From: an uncultured delta proteobacterium
Lineage (GTDB): Bacteria > Desulfobacterota > BSN033 > UBA1163
Assembly (NCBI GenBank): GCA_963708295.1
Contig: CAVPSJ010000004.1
Span: forward strand, 896,001 to 960,000
Length of the DNA stretch: 64,000 nucleotides
Direction: 5' to 3'
Each line of letters opens with the position of its first letter. Position 1 is the stretch's first letter. Positions 20,290 through 30,147 of the stretch are shown here, in pieces. A model generated the notes under the pieces. It was not told the origin of the DNA and ran no database searches. It saw nothing but the letters and a program-made list of their open reading frames with translations. The position numbers were made by a program, and so were the translations under genes.

Positions 20290-21234
20290 TTGAAAGCATT
20301 CGATACGATGAAAAAGGGGTTCATTCTTTCCATCGGGGTGTTTCTCGTAGCAGGATGTGCATCCGTCCGGGACGCACAAATCCTTGACAGGGAGGTCGAT
20401 ACACTTCATTCGAAGGTCAACGCGCTTCAAAAAGAAAATAAATCTTTGGAGAATAAGATTTCCGCCCTGTCCGCTGAGAACCAAAAACTTCGGACCGATC
20501 TTGGTTTCCGTCTTGAAAACATCCAATCTGAAATTCGAACCCTCTCTACGAGTGTCGAGGAGTATAAGGATTATGTCAACAGACCTTCGAAAGAGATTGG
20601 CCGTGTCAAGGAGGACGTCGACGGCCGATTGAGGGGTTTGGAAGAGGGGAGAAAGGCCCTGGAGGAGAAAAATAAGGTCCAGGAAGAGCGAATTCGAGGA
20701 ATGGAGGATCGTCTCAAAGGAATGGAGGGGAAGGTTAAACAGGTAGAGCCGGAAAAGCCGGGTCCAGCCCAAGAGGTTCCTTCCGAAGGAAAGGGGGCCT
20801 CCCCGGGGATGGGAAACATGTACAAAGTGGCCTATGAGGCCTTTCAGAAGGGAGACGCCGAAGGAGCGCGAAAGAAATTTGAGGTGTTTCTGAAACAGTA
20901 CCCGAACACCGAACTCTCCGGCCACGCACAGTTTTGGATTGGAGAGACCTATTATCAAAAAAAGGATTTTGAGAAGGCCATCCTGGAGTATGAAAAAGCA
21001 ATTACCAAGTATCCGGAAGGGAGTAAAGTTCCGGCAGCTTTGTATAAACAGGGCCTTGCCTTTCTGGAATTGGGCGACAAGGCGAATGCCAGGAACCTTT
21101 TCAAGCGAGTCATGGAGCGCTATCCACGTTCTGAGCAAGCCGAAATGGCGAAAAAGAAGCTGGAAGAGATGAAACAGCCCCCCGGTGATTCCAAGGGAAA
21201 ATCTGGGCCTTCACCCAAGAAGAAAACTCCATAG
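20290..21234 (+). CDS. cpoB: Tol-Pal system protein CpoB/YbgF (coiled coil + TPR)
   Basis: Lipobox VAGC, coiled coil, AQFWIGETYY, YP.G.KVPAALYK; directly after pal. Confidence 0.9.
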   Translation: MKAFDTMKKGFILSIGVFLVAGCASVRDAQILDREVDTLHSKVNALQKENKSLENKISALSAENQKLRTDLGFRLENIQSEIRTLSTSVEEYKDYVNRPSKEIGRVKEDVDGRLRGLEEGRKALEEKNKVQEERIRGMEDRLKGMEGKVKQVEPEKPGPAQEVPSEGKGASPGMGNMYKVAYEAFQKGDAEGARKKFEVFLKQYPNTELSGHAQFWIGETYYQKKDFEKAILEYEKAITKYPEGSKVPAALYKQGLAFLELGDKANARNLFKRVMERYPRSEQAEMAKKKLEEMKQPPGDSKGKSGPSPKKKTP

Positions 21235-21289
21235 GCGGATAGAGAGGACCTTCTATCCCCCTGAGCCGGTTGATCCACTCTCTTGATGG

Positions 21290-21420
21290 GTTCCCTAGAC
21301 CCATTCGGCGGCGCCCCCTCGGCCTGAGCCTTTCGGCAGGCTCAAGATCCTGAGTTCCATCGAGGGGCCCGGGCCGAAGGCAAGCTAGGCCTTCAGGCCG
21401 GCGGGGCGAAGGATTCATTG
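21290..21420. repeat. Cluster of nested GC-rich REP-like palindromes
   Basis: CCCCTCG..TGAGCCT TTCGGC AGGCTCA..TCGAGGGG and neighbouring stems. Confidence 0.5.
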
Positions 21421-21566
21421 CCCAGACCATCCGTCCTCCTTCCTTCTTAAGTATTTCGCGATGGCCATTACGATCTCTCTCCTGGCCCACCCCCAAGGGC
21501 TTCTGCAGATTTTTGTTGATTCTTTGCGAAATCTAATATAAATTTTGAACTGAAAAGGAGGCGAAA

Positions 21567-22247
21567 ATGATGAAAACTCAGTACAAGGGATTCATGAGGG
21601 AAAGAATACAAAGAAATCCGGTCACCATTCGTCCCGAGGCTTCCTTTTTCGAGGCACGACGCCTGATCCACGATAAGGGGATCCGCCACCTCCCCGTCGT
21701 CGATAAAGAGAATCGGCTGGTGGGAATCGTGACGGAAAGTGATATTCGCGAAGCAGGTCCCTCTGATGTTGCCACACTAAGCGTTAAAGAACTGACGGAT
21801 CTTCTGGGGACCCTGAAGGTCTCCGAACTGATGGTACCCAAGGAAAAAGTGATTACGATCACTCCGGACACTCTTATTGAAGAAGCCATCCAGTTGATGC
21901 ACGACCACAAGATCGGGTGTCTTCCGGTTGTTGATGGGGAAAAGCTTTACGGAATTTTTACGGAAACGGATGCGTTGGCCCACCTCGTGGATATATTTGG
22001 CTCCAAGCAGAAGGGGACGCGTCTCACCGTCGCCTTTGATGAAAAACCGGGCGCGATGGCAGGAATACTCGAAGTACTTAAGAAGCATAACGTGGATGTG
22101 ATTAGCGTTGTCTCTCCCTCTTTTCTGGTGGAAGGGAAAAGGATTGCTGCCATTCGCATCAAGACGGAAGAATACGAACTCATTGCCAAAGATCTGGAGA
22201 AGTCCGGCTATCCCGTATTATCCGTAGGCAAATGGCCTTCCGTCTAG
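21567..22247 (+). CDS. CBS + ACT domain protein (AcuB-like)
   Basis: IRHLPVVD, KIGCLPVV, GIFTETD, C-terminal ACT (DEKPGAMAGI). Confidence 0.9.
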   Translation: MMKTQYKGFMRERIQRNPVTIRPEASFFEARRLIHDKGIRHLPVVDKENRLVGIVTESDIREAGPSDVATLSVKELTDLLGTLKVSELMVPKEKVITITPDTLIEEAIQLMHDHKIGCLPVVDGEKLYGIFTETDALAHLVDIFGSKQKGTRLTVAFDEKPGAMAGILEVLKKHNVDVISVVSPSFLVEGKRIAAIRIKTEEYELIAKDLEKSGYPVLSVGKWPSV

Positions 22248-22274
22248 TATCGTAAACAATCTACAGAGTTGAAA

Positions 22275-22306
22275 GGCAGGGTTGAAAAGGGACCCTGCTT
22301 TTTTTC
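22275..22306 (+). terminator. Rho-independent terminator
   Basis: GGCAGGGT..ACCCTGCT followed by a T run. Confidence 0.7.
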
Positions 22307-22490
22307 TGCACGGTTGAGTCAAGAATCATCCACCTTCGGACTATGATGACTGTGGACATTCGTAGATCATCTTGTCAATCAAGGGGTCACTGGTTTGTTT
22401 TGCGGGAAATCTCGGGGCAGACGCCCGCAGAGGGAAGGTAGAATTGTCGTTAGGCGACGGGATCCACCTTATCAGAGGAAGGACTGATTC

Positions 22491-23918
22491 TCATGCAGGA
22501 AGACTCAACCTGGCCCGCAAGCCCCTTTCGGGCAAGTTCTCCAGTCTGATTTCGCCATGATGCAGGAAAGCCACCTCTTTTACGATGTTAAGTCCTAAGC
22601 CGGTGCTCTTCTTCCCGGTATCGGGTCTTTGTAAGGAAAAGAATTTGTCGAATACCTTTTCCCTGGCATAGTCTGGGATGCCCGGACCATTATCCTTCAC
22701 GGCGAAATCCAGCCGGCCCCCATCTATTCTGGCCGCGATTTCAATCTGACTGCCTGCAGGGCTGAAATCGATTGCGTTTTGAATAAGATTGGACACGGCC
22801 TGGTGGAGGAGAAAAGGATCTCCTCTCACCCAAAGATCCTCCGTTGCGTGAACTGCCACGCTCAAGTTCTTCTTCGAAGTCAACGGTTCCTTGCTCTCGA
22901 TCACCGTCCTGATTAAAGCGCTGAAAGACAGGGTCTCCGACTTTTGGAGTGTTTTCTTGTTCTCCAGTTCCGACAGCTCCAACATACGGTCCACCATATC
23001 CTGGATGCGATTGGCCTCATTCCGGAGGTTCGACAGGAACAGGGCACGTTTCTCCGTCGGCATCCCCTCTTCGAGTAATTCCGCGGCGCCGCGGATGGCA
23101 GACAGGGGGCTTTTAATCTCGTGGGTGAGCGTTTGAACGTATTGCTCCACATACTTCTTCCCTTCCAGCGCTTCCCGCATCTTCTCAAAAGCCATCCCCA
23201 TTTCTTTCAGTTCGCTTTTGCCGAGGTTGGGAAGGTCAACTCTCTTTCCCTCCCTCACGTCATTGGCATAATGCGTGAGACGCTTAATCGGCCGGGTGAT
23301 CCAAATGGACACGACGAGGCTGAGGAAGATGGCGATAGAGATTGAAACGATCACGATCTTGAAAATCCGAGGTTTCGCATTCTTAAAGAAGATGTTGACG
23401 TTTGTCGTTGGCTTGACCACGGTCAATACCCCGGCGGTCTCTCCTTTGACGCGAATGGGCGCAGCCACATACAGGACGGAGGAGGTTGAGTCTTCAGCGA
23501 CTTTCCGCGTGGTCCTGGCACCATACTCCCCTTGTAAGGTTAACCGGACATCCCTCCACTTGGAATAATCTTCTCCCATATTCTGCCGGGTCTCCGAATC
23601 AAAAATGATCTTCCCTGATTTGTCCGTCATGTAGACTCGAACATCGACATGGGTCTTGAAAAAGTCATAGATTCTGGCGGATAGAAACTGAGAGGAGATC
23701 TGATCGAAAGCCCTGTAGAATTTTTCGGGATCAAACTGTTTTCTTTCCATCTCGACGGCCACGATCCCGGCAAGGATATTTGCCTGGTCCACCAAGGGAT
23801 CCTCGACTCCTTCCACGTAGCGTGTCCGGAGATCCTTCAGCATCCGATCAATGGGGTAGTAGAAACAGATGATGAAGATCGCCAGGTAGGCAAAGAAAAT
23901 ACGTGTTCCCAGTTTCAT
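22491..23918 (-). CDS. creC: Two-component sensor histidine kinase CreC
   Basis: LEGKKYVEQYVQTLTHEIKSPLSAIRGAAELL, YGARTT, LYVAAPI, NAIDFSP, STGLGL. Confidence 0.92.
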   Translation of the reverse strand: MKLGTRIFFAYLAIFIICFYYPIDRMLKDLRTRYVEGVEDPLVDQANILAGIVAVEMERKQFDPEKFYRAFDQISSQFLSARIYDFFKTHVDVRVYMTDKSGKIIFDSETRQNMGEDYSKWRDVRLTLQGEYGARTTRKVAEDSTSSVLYVAAPIRVKGETAGVLTVVKPTTNVNIFFKNAKPRIFKIVIVSISIAIFLSLVVSIWITRPIKRLTHYANDVREGKRVDLPNLGKSELKEMGMAFEKMREALEGKKYVEQYVQTLTHEIKSPLSAIRGAAELLEEGMPTEKRALFLSNLRNEANRIQDMVDRMLELSELENKKTLQKSETLSFSALIRTVIESKEPLTSKKNLSVAVHATEDLWVRGDPFLLHQAVSNLIQNAIDFSPAGSQIEIAARIDGGRLDFAVKDNGPGIPDYAREKVFDKFFSLQRPDTGKKSTGLGLNIVKEVAFLHHGEIRLENLPERGLRARLSLPA

Positions 23919-24595
23919 AGGTCCTCTCTCAAGGAGTACCCCATGCCCCTGTGCGTGACAAAGGGATCCTTTTCCGGTTTGACCGCCTTCAGTTTGGCGC
24001 GGATGTTTTTGATGTGGGCGTCCACCGTCCGGTCTAAGCTGGTATCGGGTTCGTCCCAGACGAGATCCATGAGTTGATCTCTTGAATAGACATGTCCCGG
24101 CCGTCGGATAAAAGTCTTGAGGATATGATATTCATATCGGGAGAGGTCGAGGACTTCACCAAAGTAGGAGATCTGGCGTTTGGACTCATTCACTTGGAAG
24201 GGCTGGGCGCCAGGGGAAGGCCCGGTAAGATTTGTGGTCCGTCTGAGCACTGCCTTCACCCTTGCACACAACTCCTTTGGGCTGAAAGGCTTCGGGATAT
24301 AGTCATCCGCGCCAATCTCAAGGCCGACCACGCGATCGATCTCTTCTGTCCGGGCTGTCAGGAAGATGATGGGCGTAGAATGGATTTTCCTGATTTCCTT
24401 GCAAAGCTCAAGCCCACTCATATCCGGAAGTCCGATATCCAGGATGATCAGGTCCACAGGGTCCTCGGTCAAGAGGGGGATGACAGGTGACCCTGAAAAA
24501 AGGGAGACCGTTTCAAAGCCCTCCCTCCCGAGAGCATACTGGATATTGTCCACGATTGCCGGCTCGTCTTCCACGATTAAAATCTTTGGCTTCAT
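23915..24595 (-). CDS. creB: Two-component response regulator CreB
   Basis: OmpR-type receiver plus LSRYEY, DRTVDAHIK, THRGMGYSL; overlaps the creC start. Confidence 0.92.
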   Translation of the reverse strand: MKPKILIVEDEPAIVDNIQYALGREGFETVSLFSGSPVIPLLTEDPVDLIILDIGLPDMSGLELCKEIRKIHSTPIIFLTARTEEIDRVVGLEIGADDYIPKPFSPKELCARVKAVLRRTTNLTGPSPGAQPFQVNESKRQISYFGEVLDLSRYEYHILKTFIRRPGHVYSRDQLMDLVWDEPDTSLDRTVDAHIKNIRAKLKAVKPEKDPFVTHRGMGYSLREDL

Positions 24596-24658
24596 GCTGA
24601 ACTCCCGTCTTCCCCTGGTCAACTTTTTTGCCTATTCTATCATCTCCCCGATGAATTG

Positions 24659-25465
24659 TCATTTCCTCTTTGGTCGCCTTATCCTGCGCGCGAGTTTTTG
24701 ATATCCAAATAGAATGAGAAACACAAAGAGGAGTGTGCTCAGGCATGCTGAAATGACAAAAGAGAAATGTTCTGTAAACTTTGCTCCATCTTTCATGTAG
24801 GCCATGTTCAACAGTGGGATTCCTAGGCCGATGATGACGTACCAGAAGAAGGGGACGAGACAACTGCCAGCCTTGCGAAGCGGACTTGTTCTCTGAAGGA
24901 TGCCTCCTTTCTCCGCGGACCTGCCCGAGACGCAGGTCTCCGTGATTCTGACCACGGCGAGGTAAGCGAAAAGGAGCGAGATGAAATAAATCAGTGTTCC
25001 TCCGATCCGATGGACCCTTTCCATCGTGATCCACCCGGCGTAGAAGTCAGCTCCATAGAGGTGGATGGAAACAATGATTCTGAGAGCGTTTGCCCCAAGG
25101 GTGAGAAGGTAGGCCATTCCCATGCTGAGACCGACCCATAGAATCTTGACCCGGGTGCCCCTGAGCCGGGAGAGAAACGAGAAGAAGAAGGTGGAGAAGG
25201 CGATGGTCAGGAAATTGACGCCCGCACAGGCCGGGGCAATGATAAACCGGACCGAATGATTTACGAGACCCAGAGGGGATTCCTTTTCAAAAGAAATCCC
25301 GGTCAGCAGTTCCACCAATCGGGAAGTGGGGATTAAAATCCAACCGAGGTCGTCCGCGGTCGCCCGGGTGTAGTAGTATTTAAGTCCAAGGGCGATCAGA
25401 AGACCCAGCGCAAAGAAGGGGCCGTTCTCCGTGAGGAGGGTTTTGATCTTGGTCGGCGTCAGCAT
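24659..25465 (-). CDS. xrtK: Exosortase K
   Basis: LKYYY..A..DDL.WIL.PT..LV, IIAPACAGVNF (Cys), NALRI (Arg), VHR..G (His): exosortase triad in XrtK context. Confidence 0.85.
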   Translation of the reverse strand: MLTPTKIKTLLTENGPFFALGLLIALGLKYYYTRATADDLGWILIPTSRLVELLTGISFEKESPLGLVNHSVRFIIAPACAGVNFLTIAFSTFFFSFLSRLRGTRVKILWVGLSMGMAYLLTLGANALRIIVSIHLYGADFYAGWITMERVHRIGGTLIYFISLLFAYLAVVRITETCVSGRSAEKGGILQRTSPLRKAGSCLVPFFWYVIIGLGIPLLNMAYMKDGAKFTEHFSFVISACLSTLLFVFLILFGYQKLARRIRRPKRK

Positions 25466-25480
25466 CGCTTCACTCCCTAC

Positions 25481-25508
25481 CCGTGCCGGCCGTAAGGGGC
25501 CGGCACGG
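25481..25508. terminator. Strong hairpin between the VIT/vWA gene and xrtK
   Basis: CCGTGCCGGCC-gtaagg-GGCCGGCACGG perfect 11-bp stem. The T-rich tract follows on the + strand only. Confidence 0.5.
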
Positions 25509-25526
25509 ATTTTTTATGTTTTATTC

Positions 25527-27551
25527 TTAATTCCTCCTTGAGAATTCCCCTTGTACCTTAAGCGATCGTCTCTTATAAAGAGCGGCCAGAAACAGAGCCG
25601 CAAGAGCTACTGCGACAAGTATCATCATTTCCGGCTCGTCTCCCACGCCGTACCCTCCTACTGCAAGATTCGAGACATTTGCCGGCAAAGGCAGAGGCTG
25701 ATTGACATCCGTGCCTTTCCCCTCTTTGTTTCGAATCGTCTCGAGGACGGACACAAACGAGGTATAGGGGGTCAGCAGGCTGTAGTTCAAACCCAAGGAG
25801 GTCACTTCCTGCTGGGTCTCCGCATTTTCCTTTCCGAAATTGAAGTCCGAAAGCCTGGCAATTCTCGAGCGGGCCCAGAGATAACGAATGGCACGGTTGA
25901 CCTCGAGGGGTTTTGTCTCAGAAACCTGAATGTTCCTCACATAGTTTTCCTTCCCGCCTTTTCCGGAGACCTCAATCTCGCCTCCTAATCCGCGGCGCCA
26001 TTTTCCGAAGAGAATAAGGGGACGCTCGGCAAAAAGGTCAGGGAGGCTTGACGGCTCAATATCGTAAGCCTCGAACCCTTTGTATTGGACCTGGATATTC
26101 GTCAGGCAGGGTGATTCTACATACTTTCTGAATCGTTCGGCTGTTCCGGGGGCCTCCTCCGGCTTTATCACGATAAAAGGTTCACCCAAGCCGGCCTTGG
26201 CCATGCCTTCGATAAGATAACGATTGACAGCGGTCCCGATGCCGAAGGAAAAGAAATTTGTTCTGCTGAGGTTGTTCCGTATCAATTCGAAGACGTTCCG
26301 CTCAACATTGATGTACCCATCGGTAATGACGATCACCGTCCGGGCAAAACCCTCGTCTCTGGGGAGGGACAGGGCTCTCTGCAATGCAGGGACAATTTCG
26401 GTTCCCCCGCCCCCTCGCTGCGCCTCGATCACCTGAATGGCCTTGGAAATATTCTCCCCTGTGGCCGGGACGGAGGAGGGCGACATGATGCAGGAGGCGC
26501 CGGAAAAGAGGACCACGTTGAACAAGTCCGTCTGTTTAAGATGGCTGATCAGGTCTTTGATGAGCACCTTGGCTGTGTCGAGGGGAAATCCATGCATCGA
26601 GCCGGAGACATCAAGGACAAAGACGTACTCTCGGGGCGGAAGATCCGACGGCTTGATCCGCTCCGGGGGCTGGACCATGAGAAGGAAGAAATTCTCTGTC
26701 TCTCCCTTGTAGAGCATCAAACCGGACTGGACTTCCTTGCCGGCAAGCCGGTAGTTCAGGATGAAGTCCCGGTTTCCCCCCAATTCTCCCGGTTGGGCAA
26801 GCGAGACCTTCGCCATCGACTTGTTCTCCCATGCGACATCCACCTTGTGGGACGGAGATAACAGTTCCTGCAAGGGGATGGCCGTTGACAGAGTGGTGTT
26901 GATCCTGAACTGGGTGGGAGGCAGTTTTCCTTCTTTCAGGTACGGGCTCTTCACCCATTGATCGGTCTCCGGAGCGCTGGCTTCAGGCTGGTTTGAGTAA
27001 CGGGGACCCACCACCGTGGGATACACGAACTGATATGTCCCCTCCGTGGGAACGAGCAATTCGGTATAGTGCAATTCGATCTGGACCCGATCTTTCGGCA
27101 TGATGTTGGCGACATTCATGGTGAAGACGTTGGGCCTCTGCTGCTCCAGCAAGGATGCGCTCTTTCCTTCTGTTTTGGCCTTTTCGAATTCCTGCTTGGC
27201 CGTTTGGCGCTCTTTGATCTTCGCGATGACCACCTGTTCCCCGATCGTCATCTTCATCCCGTGGACGGAAGCCCGTGTCGAGGCAGGGAAGACATAGCGG
27301 GCATGAATGGGCTGCGTCCCCTCATTCGCATACGTCTGGGTGACGTAGACCTCTGCAATCACTCCGTTGATATTGACTGCCACATTTGTCTCTTTAAGAG
27401 GAAATCGTTCCGTGGATGATTCTCCTCCCTCAACGAGGAAGTACGGAGAGAGGGTCTTATCCTCCCTTTTTTCCGCGTGGGCAAGCGCTGCAAGAAAAAA
27501 CACCATGACCCCTAAGACCAAGTAAAAAAAACCATTCATTCTCTTCTCCAT
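25527..27551 (-). CDS. Secreted VIT + vWA domain protein with C-terminal PEP-CTERM-like sorting signal
   Basis: Signal peptide; VIT domain (YVFP, ASLLEQQRPNVF); MIDAS DVSGS, GGTE, TDG; LTPYTSFV; C-terminal DEPE + TM + KRR. Confidence 0.9.
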   Translation of the reverse strand: MEKRMNGFFYLVLGVMVFFLAALAHAEKREDKTLSPYFLVEGGESSTERFPLKETNVAVNINGVIAEVYVTQTYANEGTQPIHARYVFPASTRASVHGMKMTIGEQVVIAKIKERQTAKQEFEKAKTEGKSASLLEQQRPNVFTMNVANIMPKDRVQIELHYTELLVPTEGTYQFVYPTVVGPRYSNQPEASAPETDQWVKSPYLKEGKLPPTQFRINTTLSTAIPLQELLSPSHKVDVAWENKSMAKVSLAQPGELGGNRDFILNYRLAGKEVQSGLMLYKGETENFFLLMVQPPERIKPSDLPPREYVFVLDVSGSMHGFPLDTAKVLIKDLISHLKQTDLFNVVLFSGASCIMSPSSVPATGENISKAIQVIEAQRGGGGTEIVPALQRALSLPRDEGFARTVIVITDGYINVERNVFELIRNNLSRTNFFSFGIGTAVNRYLIEGMAKAGLGEPFIVIKPEEAPGTAERFRKYVESPCLTNIQVQYKGFEAYDIEPSSLPDLFAERPLILFGKWRRGLGGEIEVSGKGGKENYVRNIQVSETKPLEVNRAIRYLWARSRIARLSDFNFGKENAETQQEVTSLGLNYSLLTPYTSFVSVLETIRNKEGKGTDVNQPLPLPANVSNLAVGGYGVGDEPEMMILVAVALAALFLAALYKRRSLKVQGEFSRRN

Positions 27552-27614
27552 AACGAATACCTCCTTTTCCTTTCTAAGGAATTTTGGTGTAGGTTCTTTT
27601 CAGAACTGACGCCT

Positions 27615-27668
27615 ACTGTAGAATTGAAAGATGAAGATAATTTGAAGGGAAAATGAAAAGTTAATGAA
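27615..27668 (-). promoter_or_regulatory. Four cre-tag-like TTCAW direct repeats at 11-bp period, with a -10 box
   Basis: The minus strand reads TTCAT-N6-TTCAT-N6-TTCAA-N6-TTCAT (+ strand 27664, 27653, 27642, 27631), then TACAGT at 27620-27615. Confidence 0.65.
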
Positions 27669-27990
27669 AAAAATGCCAGCAAGTTCGCCCCTACGTCTTT
27701 CCAGAGAACCTCCAGGATTGATCTGATAATAAAAACTCAAACAAACTCCATCACTTAGCTTCTCAGAAACTGAAATATATCCAACTTCGCGCTTAGGGAG
27801 GATCGAACGAGAATTGAGTCTCTCGTCATCCCAAAAGATCTGTTTTCTGTTTCTCTTGACATGGGGAGGATGGTGAGCTTATCCTTTGGATATTCTCTAA
27901 GTAAAGAGACGCAAACGGGACGGGAATGAAGCGGCGTCATTCCGCGGCGCCAACAAATTCCCTCTTTATGGGTAAGGGGAGGTGTGGAAG

Positions 27991-29577
27991 ATGGAACCCA
28001 CCAATAAACTGGTGAATCCGATGTTGACGGATTTCTACCAGATCACCATGTCTTATGCTTACTGGAAAGCCGGCGTACACGAGGAGGAGGCCGTCTTTGA
28101 CCTTTTCTTCCGCCAGAATCCCTTTCGAGGAGAATTTGCCATTTACGCCGGACTCGGGGAGAAACTCAGGCTGTTTGAGAATTTTCATTTCACCGATGAT
28201 CACATCGCCTATCTCAGGGAGCATATGCCGCAATGCGACAAAAGGTTTTTCGACTGGCTCAAGGGCGTGGACTGTTCCCGGATGAAGATCTACGCCTTTG
28301 AGGAAGGAACGATCTCTTTTCCTCGCGAGCCCTTGATGAGAGTCCAGGGCCCGATAGCGGTTGGCCAGCTGCTCGAGACCTCCATCCTCACGCTGACCAA
28401 CTATCCCAGCCTGATGACGACCAACGCGGCGAAATATCGCTTAGCGGTTGGTTTTGACAAAGGTCTGGTTGAATTCGGTTTGCGAAGAGCACAGGGCCCG
28501 GATGGAGGGGTTTCTGCTTCCCGTTACAGTTATATGGGAGGCTTTGATGGGACAAGCAATGTTCTTGCAGGCTATCTTTTCGACGTGCCCATCAAGGGAA
28601 CACATGCCCATTCCTACGTGCAATCTTTTACGGGCGTTGAGAATTTGAAGAATAATACGCTGACGGGAGCGGACGGCAAGGATTACGATTTTGTAAAAAT
28701 CGTTTTGGAGACCCGGGAGGAACTGGGTTTCCGTTATACGAATGAGGGAGAACTTGCTTCGTTTATTGCGTATGCTCAAGCTTTTCCCGGAGACTTTCTG
28801 GCCCTTGTGGATACTTACGACACTTTGAGATCGGGCGTCCCCAACTTTATTTGCGTTGCTCTCGGGCTTCTCAAATTGGGTTACAAGCCCATCGGGATCA
28901 GATTGGATTCCGGAGACCTTTCCTACCTTTCAAAAGAAACAAGAAAGATCTTCAATGAGATGGCCGCCAGAACGAACCCCGTTCTTTCAAAATGTCTGAT
29001 TTTGGCCAGCAACGAAATCAACAAGAGCGTCCTGATGTCGCTCAAGCAGCAGGGTTATGAGATCGATATCTTTGGCATAGGCACACATCTCGTCACATGC
29101 GATGACCAGCCGGCCATGGGATGCGTCTACAAACTGGTCGAAGCAAAGGGTATCCCTCGGATCAAGCTTTCCCAGGAATTGAGCAAGATGACCATCCCCG
29201 GGAGGAAAGAGGTGTATCGTCTTTTCGGTGAAGACGGTTCCAGCTTGCTGGATCTGATGATCAGAGCAGGAGATCACCCGCCGGAACCCGAAAAGCGCGT
29301 GTTATGCCATCATCCCTTTGACCCTATCAAACGAGTGTATGTTACTCCTTCTAAAGTAGTTCCGCTCCATCGTTGTGTCTGGGATGGAAAAAGGATTTAT
29401 CCGGAAGTTCCTTTGAAGGAGTCGAGAGAATATGTCCTGAGTCAGCTGCGGCGCACAAGAGAGGACCATCTCAGAGACATCAACCCCACCCCGTACAAAG
29501 TCTCTGTCAGCGAAGAGCTTTATAATTACGTTTACCACCTGTGGGCGGAAGAGTCCCCGGTCAAAGAGCTGAAATAA
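27991..29577 (+). CDS. pncB: Nicotinate phosphoribosyltransferase
   Basis: LTDFYQITM, EFGLRRAQGPDG, GTHAHS, LVDTYD, GIRLDSGD, FGIGT, GCVYKL. Confidence 0.95.
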   Translation: MEPTNKLVNPMLTDFYQITMSYAYWKAGVHEEEAVFDLFFRQNPFRGEFAIYAGLGEKLRLFENFHFTDDHIAYLREHMPQCDKRFFDWLKGVDCSRMKIYAFEEGTISFPREPLMRVQGPIAVGQLLETSILTLTNYPSLMTTNAAKYRLAVGFDKGLVEFGLRRAQGPDGGVSASRYSYMGGFDGTSNVLAGYLFDVPIKGTHAHSYVQSFTGVENLKNNTLTGADGKDYDFVKIVLETREELGFRYTNEGELASFIAYAQAFPGDFLALVDTYDTLRSGVPNFICVALGLLKLGYKPIGIRLDSGDLSYLSKETRKIFNEMAARTNPVLSKCLILASNEINKSVLMSLKQQGYEIDIFGIGTHLVTCDDQPAMGCVYKLVEAKGIPRIKLSQELSKMTIPGRKEVYRLFGEDGSSLLDLMIRAGDHPPEPEKRVLCHHPFDPIKRVYVTPSKVVPLHRCVWDGKRIYPEVPLKESREYVLSQLRRTREDHLRDINPTPYKVSVSEELYNYVYHLWAEESPVKELK

Positions 29578-29797
29578 GTATTTTCATAGAGTATTTTCCT
29601 GCCATTCACCCCGGCAGCAGAAAGCCAGGGTCTACGTTGAGACACTCTTGTCCAAAATCGACATTTCACCGCGGAGCGAAAGGTCGAGTCCTCACGAAAA
29701 CGAACACAGCAATATAAGAAATAATGTTCGGCTAAGGATGAATTGAAGTCGGCTGGGTTTGGTGGTATTCTATGATAAGAAAGAAGGAGGTTCGGCT

Positions 29798-29986
29798 ATG
29801 TCGTCAATCATGGAAAAGGATGAAGCCCACAGGATCATCGATCGTATGCCACCCAACGCCACCTGGGATGATCTCATGCGGGAGATTTACGTCCGGGAGG
29901 CAGTTGAGCGCGGGTTAGCCGACAGCAAGGCAGGCCGGACCAAGGACGTGAAACAGGTCCGGGCGAAATACGGTTTACCGGAATGA
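29798..29986 (+). CDS. Putative antitoxin-type small protein (cognate toxin apparently lost)
   Basis: EAHRIIDRMPPNATWDDLM..IYVREAVERGLAD..AGR. An overlapping ATGA start gives only MKVHCIN*. Confidence 0.6.
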   Translation: MSSIMEKDEAHRIIDRMPPNATWDDLMREIYVREAVERGLADSKAGRTKDVKQVRAKYGLPE

Positions 29987-30147
29987 AAGTCCACTGCATC
30001 AACTGATTGGCACAGGGTAAGACCTCTCTCTTCTAAATTGCTCCATCCTCATTTATAGAAAGCAGCGAACAATGGCCTGTCGAAGGGTTGACAATTTCAC
30101 AGCATTATTATAATTTCCTCCCATCTTGAAGACGTTGAGGAGGGGAT

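Noticed and set aside
20215-21138. Long antisense ORFs (e.g. 20215-21138, 16251-17108, 54543-55295, 56964-57869)
   Set aside because: They are shadows of well-supported genes on the opposite strand, with no motifs of their own.
27700-27940. Small ORF or gene remnant between the VIT gene and pncB
   Set aside because: No identifiable motif; it lies in a divergent promoter region.
27991-29577. pncB as a dedicated supplier for the LarA nickel-pincer cofactor
   Set aside because: It is 24 kb away, there is no larBCE in the window, and ordinary NAD salvage explains it.
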